From positions 10,362 through 74,361 of the forward strand of contig NZBG01000034.1 of assembly GCA_002687795.1 (NCBI GenBank): 64,000 nt of DNA. The letters run 5' to 3'. The notes below the pieces were generated by a model. The model did no database searches. It was given only the letters and a program-made list of their open reading frames with translations, and had not been told where the DNA came from. The stretch comes from Candidatus Woesearchaeota archaeon. GTDB lineage: Archaea; Nanobdellota; Nanobdellia; Woesearchaeales; GCA-2687795. Both the position numbers and the translations under genes were made by a program. Shown one piece after another: positions 58,225 through 64,000 of the stretch. The first letter of the stretch is position 1, and every line of letters starts with the position of its first letter.

Positions 58225-58288
58225 CATAGAAAGTCTTAAGATTATTAAAACAATCCCAACGTTTATTATTTTTTCATTAAACCCCATT

Positions 58289-58819
58289 TTATATTATCCT
58301 GAACTCATTCGATTCGACTCTAACAAGAGCAGGGTTACCTTTATAATTCATATAAATATAGTCCACCTTGATTTTGTATATTCCTTTACCAGCAATTGTT
58401 TTTTTACGCGTATACATATTAGGATATATTTTTTGATCCCATATTGAAAGTAATTTTTCCTTAGATTTAATATTCTTTATAATCTCCATCTCACAATTTC
58501 CGTAAGAGAGAAAAAAATCATCCCATTCTACACCATTAAACTGAGATATAATATATACATCTCCTCCACATCCAGTTACCCCACCAAGTACCAAATCCTT
58601 GTTAAATCCATTATAAATCACAAAATAAACATATTCATTTTGACTATAAACAGTTTTATCTGTCTTTATAATCAGGTCTTTCATAGAATGATTTATTTGA
58701 AAATCCTCTACAGAGATATTATTTTCTTGTAATTCTTCACACCCACTTATAACAAAGAACAAACTAACTAATCCTATAATCAGAAACATTTTCCTCTTTT
58801 TCTCAATCATTTTCCCCAA
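58289..58819 (-). CDS. Small secreted/lipoprotein-like protein
   Basis: Signal peptide with a lipobox-like LVSLFFVISGCEE; 176 aa. Confidence 0.35.
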   Translation of the reverse strand: MGKMIEKKRKMFLIIGLVSLFFVISGCEELQENNISVEDFQINHSMKDLIIKTDKTVYSQNEYVYFVIYNGFNKDLVLGGVTGCGGDVYIISQFNGVEWDDFFLSYGNCEMEIIKNIKSKEKLLSIWDQKIYPNMYTRKKTIAGKGIYKIKVDYIYMNYKGNPALVRVESNEFRII

Positions 58820-58895
58820 AACTAATATTATGAAACTTCAATCTTTATATATTTTTATAACTTTCTGAAACCAATTATTATTTAAAACCCTAAAA

Positions 58896-60470
58896 CTAAT
58901 CAACCCTATAAACCTCAGTAGAAGTCTTATTATTACTGTAAACAAGGCTGTAGCCCCTGATTATGTCCATGAAGTCATCAGGGTAGGCTGCTGAGAAGCC
59001 CTTTTCATCAGGCCCATAGAAGTCAATCTTCTGGTTTACCCAGATATAAGAGATATTATACTCCTTAATCTTGTCTACAGAGTCAATATAGGGCCTTCCA
59101 TAGAAGCTGTATGTATACCTGTTGAAATTATATGCATAACAATCACCCCTTGGAACCAATATAACAGCATCTTTAGCTGTATTATTCTCCAGCCAGTTAA
59201 AATCCTCTTCATAAGAGCCCCATGTCCTACTTACCACAACAGCTTTAACAAGCTCAACAGCTGAGAACCCTATAATACATAACCCAATGAGCATGAACAC
59301 AGCCAGCCTGAATAAACCTTTTTTATTAGAGACAAGTTTGTTTAATCCTATTGCCCACATTATACCAAGGGGTATGAACAAAGGCATTGAATGCCTGATA
59401 TAGACAAGATCGTTCATAACCTTGTTAAAGATTGCAAAGCTGAAAAAGGAAAGGAACCAGACAATCAGCATCCAGTTTCTTTTATCCTTTAGCTTTATGC
59501 CTATCAGATAGAAAATAAAAGGAACTGTGAAGATAAAAGTGCCTAAAAACCATAGGCCAAGCAAAACATTAAGGAAAGGCAGCTTAAGGAAGGTAAGGTT
59601 CTGGGCATTGCCCGCTCCCGGAACACCATACATTGAAAGATATATCCTCCAGAGAAAGTCAGGCTTAAGAAGATTCTTTAGCTCAACATTAGCCTCTGTA
59701 AAATGGAAAAAGTTAGGGTCTATCCCCTTGTCCTGGCCTATAACCGAGTCAAGGAAAGGCCAGACAGGATTGCCTAGAACAACATAGTTCCTTGCATACC
59801 ACCATAATCCAAATATTGAAGTGGCTATAAGAAGCAATAACAGGATTCTCACAAGCTCCTTTTTATTCTTCCCAAACCTTAAAAATGCCAGGAAGAGCAG
59901 CAACGGAACAACAAACACTGCAGTATATTTTGTTGATAGAGATAAGCCGGCAAAGATCCCTGAAACAAAGGCTTTCTTTTCAAACAGATAATAAACAGAT
60001 GCAAGCACGAAAAAGCATACTGCTGCATCCTGGTAAGGTATTGCGCTCATGTAGATATGCAAAGGGATGAAAGCAACAAAGATTGTGGCAAAGAATGCAA
60101 TTCTGGAATTATACAGCTTCCTTGTAAACAGGAAAGCATATATCAATGTTAAGCTTCCGAATAGAGGGGAGACAAGGTTAACTGAAAACTCTGCTATATT
60201 TCTTCCAAAGATGCCTGAAACCTTATAGAAGAAGGCTGCAATAAGATGAAACATGGGCGGTGCCCAGAACACCGGCCTGCCTAAGGGCTCAAGTAAGGGA
60301 ACCCTGAGGTTATCGGCAATAAACCTTGACACTGAGATAACCCAGCAGGGGTCGCCTGTAACATGCACAAAAAAGGATATGGTAAACCTCAGCAGTGTGC
60401 CTATTATAATAACCAGGAAAGCCAGCCTGGTATACTTATCTAATTTCTTCCAGAAAGATTCTAGAAACAT
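58896..60470 (-). CDS. GT-C glycosyltransferase of the ArnT/PMT (GT39/GT83-like) type
   Basis: 524 aa with about 12 TM helices; the N-terminal loop has RFTISFFVHVTGDPCW and an acidic patch. Confidence 0.5.
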   Translation of the reverse strand: MFLESFWKKLDKYTRLAFLVIIIGTLLRFTISFFVHVTGDPCWVISVSRFIADNLRVPLLEPLGRPVFWAPPMFHLIAAFFYKVSGIFGRNIAEFSVNLVSPLFGSLTLIYAFLFTRKLYNSRIAFFATIFVAFIPLHIYMSAIPYQDAAVCFFVLASVYYLFEKKAFVSGIFAGLSLSTKYTAVFVVPLLLFLAFLRFGKNKKELVRILLLLLIATSIFGLWWYARNYVVLGNPVWPFLDSVIGQDKGIDPNFFHFTEANVELKNLLKPDFLWRIYLSMYGVPGAGNAQNLTFLKLPFLNVLLGLWFLGTFIFTVPFIFYLIGIKLKDKRNWMLIVWFLSFFSFAIFNKVMNDLVYIRHSMPLFIPLGIMWAIGLNKLVSNKKGLFRLAVFMLIGLCIIGFSAVELVKAVVVSRTWGSYEEDFNWLENNTAKDAVILVPRGDCYAYNFNRYTYSFYGRPYIDSVDKIKEYNISYIWVNQKIDFYGPDEKGFSAAYPDDFMDIIRGYSLVYSNNKTSTEVYRVD

Positions 60471-60776
60471 AGAGAGGGAAAATGCTGTTTTCTTTAAATA
60501 TTTATTCTTATTTTGTTGTGGTGCGATAGCGTTTGATATGCTCTGATTTCTCTTAAATGGTGCGTTTTGTTTGATTTATAGATAGATTTAATAATTTTCA
60601 TTAACTTTGCGGTTTTGCACAAAAAAGATTTTCCCCTAAGAATAAGTTTATATATTACATTTCTTATATAATATAATTATGAGAAGACTATTGATTTTGT
60701 TGATATTGATTACGGTTTTTATATTACAAAAGAAAAGTATAATGAAACTAATGATTATATACTTAATGGAACATCG

Positions 60777-61214
60777 TTGAAGCTAAAAGATTTGGAGCAT
60801 AAGGGCGGTGGTGCTTTTCGTGCTAACTTAATATATAGAAACACATCAAAGAAAGTTAGGTTTAGATTATATGATGGGGCGAGTTTTTTGGCTTTAGAAT
60901 TGAAAAGATGGAACGAAGATTATACAACATATATTGATTATGCTTTCATTGAAGAAGTAGATATAAATACAAGTTCTTCAGATTGGAATTTTATTAAAGT
61001 GTCTTATGGAAGATATAAGGAAGGTGGTTTATCATTTGATGCAGACCAGTATCAAGAATACATAGATAATCAAGAATTCTGTAAAAATGATAATGAATGT
61101 GTCGCTACTTGTGGATATGGTTGTGTAAATAAGTATTGGTTTCAAACAATTGGTATAGATTGTGAAGCTGTAGTTACCTTTTCCTGTAAGTGTGTTAATA
61201 ATACTTGCCGTTGA
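60777..61214 (+). CDS. Small Cys-rich protein (8 Cys in the last 45 aa); the start would be a non-ATG codon (TTG)
   Basis: C-terminus CKNDNECVATCGYGCVNKYWFQTIGIDCEAVVTFSCKCVNNTCR. An out-of-frame upstream ORF (from about 60669) encodes a signal-peptide-like MRRLLILLILITVFILQKK. Confidence 0.25.
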   Translation: MKLKDLEHKGGGAFRANLIYRNTSKKVRFRLYDGASFLALELKRWNEDYTTYIDYAFIEEVDINTSSSDWNFIKVSYGRYKEGGLSFDADQYQEYIDNQEFCKNDNECVATCGYGCVNKYWFQTIGIDCEAVVTFSCKCVNNTCR

Positions 61215-61318
61215 AGATCTTTTCCTTCTTTCTTTTTTATTTATTCCAATTATGTTTAATACTACTCATTAACAAATTTAACCTTCTATTTCCCTCAGAA
61301 TCTCTTATTCTTAGTTTC

Positions 61319-62029
61319 TTATCCCTTCCTTCCCCAGACAACCTTGCCGAGTGAGACTTTTCCTAAGAATGTCTTCTCAAGCTCTCTGTTAAACCTGTCA
61401 AGCTTTGAGAAAGGGAATATTACCACAGGCTTTGTTTTTATATCGGAGAACCCAGCCTGCTTAAACATCTGCTTGATCTTCTTCTCATAAAAACCATAAA
61501 ACTGCTTCTCATCAGCCCAGCCATAATCCCAATTAACAGCCTTCGCAGCCTTGCTAAGCAGACTTGAGCTGTTGATAAGATTAATCATCCAGCTCCTGGG
61601 AGTGTTCAGGAAATCCCATAGCCTGTTTGTGCTGGACACAGCGCAAACCCCTCCTTTCCTTAGAACATAAAACGCTTCCTTAAAAAACCTCTCAGGATTG
61701 TCAAGGTAATATATGGTCTCCCCGGACACTATAGTATCAAAAGCCCCTTTCTTAAAAGGAAAATGTTCTGCATCAAACTGCGCTAAAGGTATCTTAAGCC
61801 TTTTTCCAATATTCTTTAACATATTAAAAGAAATATCAGAGGCAACAACCTTGCCTCTCTTAACCAGCTTTTCAGTGACAGTTCCTGTCCCAGCCCCCAC
61901 TTCAAGGATCCTTCCCTTGCCGAGCTCAGCAAATACTTCAGCCCTTCTTGAAGAGAAATAACGGTGCACTGTCCTGTCATAAAGGCCTGCTGTCTTATCA
62001 AAAGCCTGCATAACTTCTTTGTTTGACAT
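61319..62029 (-). CDS. Class I SAM-dependent methyltransferase
   Basis: RILEVGAGTGTVTEKL (motif I) and VLRKGGVCAVSS. Confidence 0.75.
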   Translation of the reverse strand: MSNKEVMQAFDKTAGLYDRTVHRYFSSRRAEVFAELGKGRILEVGAGTGTVTEKLVKRGKVVASDISFNMLKNIGKRLKIPLAQFDAEHFPFKKGAFDTIVSGETIYYLDNPERFFKEAFYVLRKGGVCAVSSTNRLWDFLNTPRSWMINLINSSSLLSKAAKAVNWDYGWADEKQFYGFYEKKIKQMFKQAGFSDIKTKPVVIFPFSKLDRFNRELEKTFLGKVSLGKVVWGRKG

Positions 62030-62031
62030 CT

Positions 62032-63366
62032 TTACCTGAAATAAGCTATCTTTGCCCTTGAATCTCCTATGATTTTATATTCTTTGCCCTTCTTTTTGAT
62101 ACTGCTCATGTCCCTTGACCTCCACCAGTCCGCTATCGCTGAAGGAGTTTCATTAAAAGCTCCCTTAACAGAGCTTACATGCTTCAGCAGCTTTTCATAT
62201 ACCCTTAACTTATCCATGTTGCCCGAGATATAGGTATCAGGATGCACGTCAATAACAGCAATGCCGTTAAGCCTTCTTATCCAGCTGATCTTCTGTTTCC
62301 ATACCTCAAACATTTCTGCATTGCTAAGATGCATCCCATGTATCAATGTCTGGTCCTGGGGGACTGTCAAAGGCAGCTCAACCATTTTGCCAATGAAGAA
62401 AGGGAACACCGTTGAACATCCTGATGTGCTTCTCACCAAAGGGGCTGTTTCTGTGTCAGGCACTGAACTGTCATAGCTGAAATAATCCTGGAGCACTTCA
62501 AAGAAACGCTTATTCCTCTGCAGCATAGGAGCCCTGAAACCTTTTACATCAAGCTCTTTCAGCCTTTGTGTTGAACAGGTGATTCTTTCTCTCATAGCTT
62601 TCTCGCCAAGAAAGGCCAGCTTGCCGTCATGGTTATAGGCATGGCTTATTATTTCGCAGCCTTCCTTTTTCAGCTCCTTAAGCTTTCCTATGTTAGGATT
62701 ATATTTATGAGAAACAACTGACCATGAGCTTTTTATATCATACTTTCTCTCTATCTCCCTGAAAAGCTCAATGTTTTTTATTCCATCAGCTGTTTCCACA
62801 TCATGGGTAACCGTGACTGCCATCTCTGAACCGCCAGGCCAGAAATGTATATAAGGGATCTTGCCGCAGGATTTCAAGGCAATGCTTTTCATATAAAGCC
62901 ATCTCAAATAATCAACGCTCTTATCAATGGGCCATTGGGGAAAACTTTTCTTTTTTCTTCTTCTGTGCATTAAGTGCAGCAGAAAATAAAGCCTGTTCTT
63001 AACCCAGCCGGGAACAATAAAATAAGGGAATGGCAGTTTGGCAAGCAAAGGTGTTTTCTTAGGGAAATAATCCTCATATATAACGGAGTTGACCAATCTG
63101 TCAGGATCTAAAAACCACTTCCCCTCCTCAGAAGAATAAAGGGGAACCTGCCCCTTTCTTTCCTTCAGGCTTACCTCAGCTGTCCCCTGCCCTTTGCTAT
63201 TAACCCTCGCCGGGAGAAGAATGTTACCATCCCTGACCCAGGGCGGCTTAAGCCTGGCATCTTCAATACAAAGCTCATACAACCCATAACATCCTCCGCC
63301 AGTTTTTTTCTCAACTTTGGGCGGGGAAACATGTCCGGGCAGTTTCCAGAAATTTGAAATAGACAT
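62032..63366 (-). CDS. Polysaccharide deacetylase (CE4/NodB-like) family protein, paralogue of 21169..22524
   Basis: VTVTHDVETADG, SHAYNHDGK and VIDVHPDTY. Confidence 0.45.
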   Translation of the reverse strand: MSISNFWKLPGHVSPPKVEKKTGGGCYGLYELCIEDARLKPPWVRDGNILLPARVNSKGQGTAEVSLKERKGQVPLYSSEEGKWFLDPDRLVNSVIYEDYFPKKTPLLAKLPFPYFIVPGWVKNRLYFLLHLMHRRRKKKSFPQWPIDKSVDYLRWLYMKSIALKSCGKIPYIHFWPGGSEMAVTVTHDVETADGIKNIELFREIERKYDIKSSWSVVSHKYNPNIGKLKELKKEGCEIISHAYNHDGKLAFLGEKAMRERITCSTQRLKELDVKGFRAPMLQRNKRFFEVLQDYFSYDSSVPDTETAPLVRSTSGCSTVFPFFIGKMVELPLTVPQDQTLIHGMHLSNAEMFEVWKQKISWIRRLNGIAVIDVHPDTYISGNMDKLRVYEKLLKHVSSVKGAFNETPSAIADWWRSRDMSSIKKKGKEYKIIGDSRAKIAYFR

Positions 63367-63421
63367 TCATACCTAAACATTATCACAAGATATATAAAAC
63401 TTTTTGAATATTCAAAGAGAA

Positions 63422-64000
63422 ATGAAAAAATTAAATGTTTCATCATTCCTGCCGGTAATAGGCATTGCAATATTCGTATATATCATATACTCAACCGGGG
63501 CAAAGAATATTCTTGATGCAGTGAAGAACATAAAGATAATATACCTCCTGGCGGTTCCTTTTTTCCTGATTTTTCTTATATTCCTAAAAGGCCTGAAATG
63601 GAAATTAATCCTTAACATGCTTGGCATAGAATATTCCCTTAAGCGCTCATGCGAAATCTGGTGCCTTGGCTTTTTCACCGGCTTGATAACTCCCGGCAGA
63701 GTGGGGGATATAATGCGCGCCTTTTATGTTAAGAAAGAAGCTAACAAAAATCTAAGCGAAGCACTGATATCAGTATTCCTTGACAGGCTGATAGACCTGC
63801 TAACCCTGCTGGTATTATTTGTTATCAGCCTTGTTGCGTTTTCGGTTATTTTCAGAACTGATTTTTCTTATATTATAATAGCCTCAATTCTTTTCATTGT
63901 GATTATTCTGGCTGGGCTGTTTCTTATTAAGAAAAACTTTGTAAGAAGGTTTGTCTCATACATGGTCAGCTTTTTTGTGCCTAAGAATTACAGCAAAAGC
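63422..64000 (+). CDS. UPF0104/LPG-synthase-TM (flippase-like) membrane protein, partial with the 3' end off the window
   Basis: MKKLNVSSFLPVIGIAIFVYIIY...LGFFTGLITPGRVGDIMRAFYVKKEA. This is the same domain family as the N-terminal half of 13958..15457. Confidence 0.5.
   Translation, partial: MKKLNVSSFLPVIGIAIFVYIIYSTGAKNILDAVKNIKIIYLLAVPFFLIFLIFLKGLKWKLILNMLGIEYSLKRSCEIWCLGFFTGLITPGRVGDIMRAFYVKKEANKNLSEALISVFLDRLIDLLTLLVLFVISLVAFSVIFRTDFSYIIIASILFIVIILAGLFLIKKNFVRRFVSYMVSFFVPKNYSKS

Noticed and set aside
1-64000. CRISPR arrays, rRNA and transposase or IS elements
   Set aside because: No regularly spaced identical repeats and no rRNA-like conserved stretches are visible, and no ORF has transposase or integrase motifs. 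The only repeats found are the ~46-bp pair and short intergenic repeats near 56.8 kb.

Overview
This is an AT-rich 64 kb window that appears to be archaeal. Three observations support that: a clear AglB/STT3 oligosaccharyltransferase with a WWDFG motif, several Dol-P-type GT2 enzymes, and short gene overlaps between adjacent genes. Almost the whole window is one dense, mostly minus-strand cell-envelope glycosylation super-locus. Its main parts are: (i) aglB followed by a secreted protein about 1000 aa long that carries roughly 70 N-x-S/T sequons; (ii) an operon resembling WbpB/WbpE/WbpD, which would make a 2,3-diacetamido uronic sugar; (iii) seven radical SAM enzymes, four with B12-binding domains and three with SPASM/twitch domains, interleaved with glycosyltransferases; (iv) seven GT-C-like polytopic membrane enzymes, including two YfhO-like paralogues arranged with a GtrA-like protein and a Dol-P-sugar GT2; (v) a UbiA, PHP, two-SDR and GT-C block that resembles the polyprenyl-phospho-pentose (DPA-like) route; and (vi) a minus-strand run of CDP-alcohol phosphatidyltransferase, PHP phosphoesterase, HIT-like protein, two tandem Pol-beta-fold (LicD-like?) paralogues, two alkaline-phosphatase-superfamily phosphodiesterases and a sulfatase-like gene lacking CxPxR, which looks like an undescribed phospho-alcohol decoration system. 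A small accessory islet (RHH protein plus a HEPN/MNT pair) is bracketed by ~45 bp direct repeats, and a RelE/antitoxin pair sits at the left edge. I found no rRNA, tRNA, CRISPR array or transposase. All calls are from reading the ORF translations by eye; no database searches were run.
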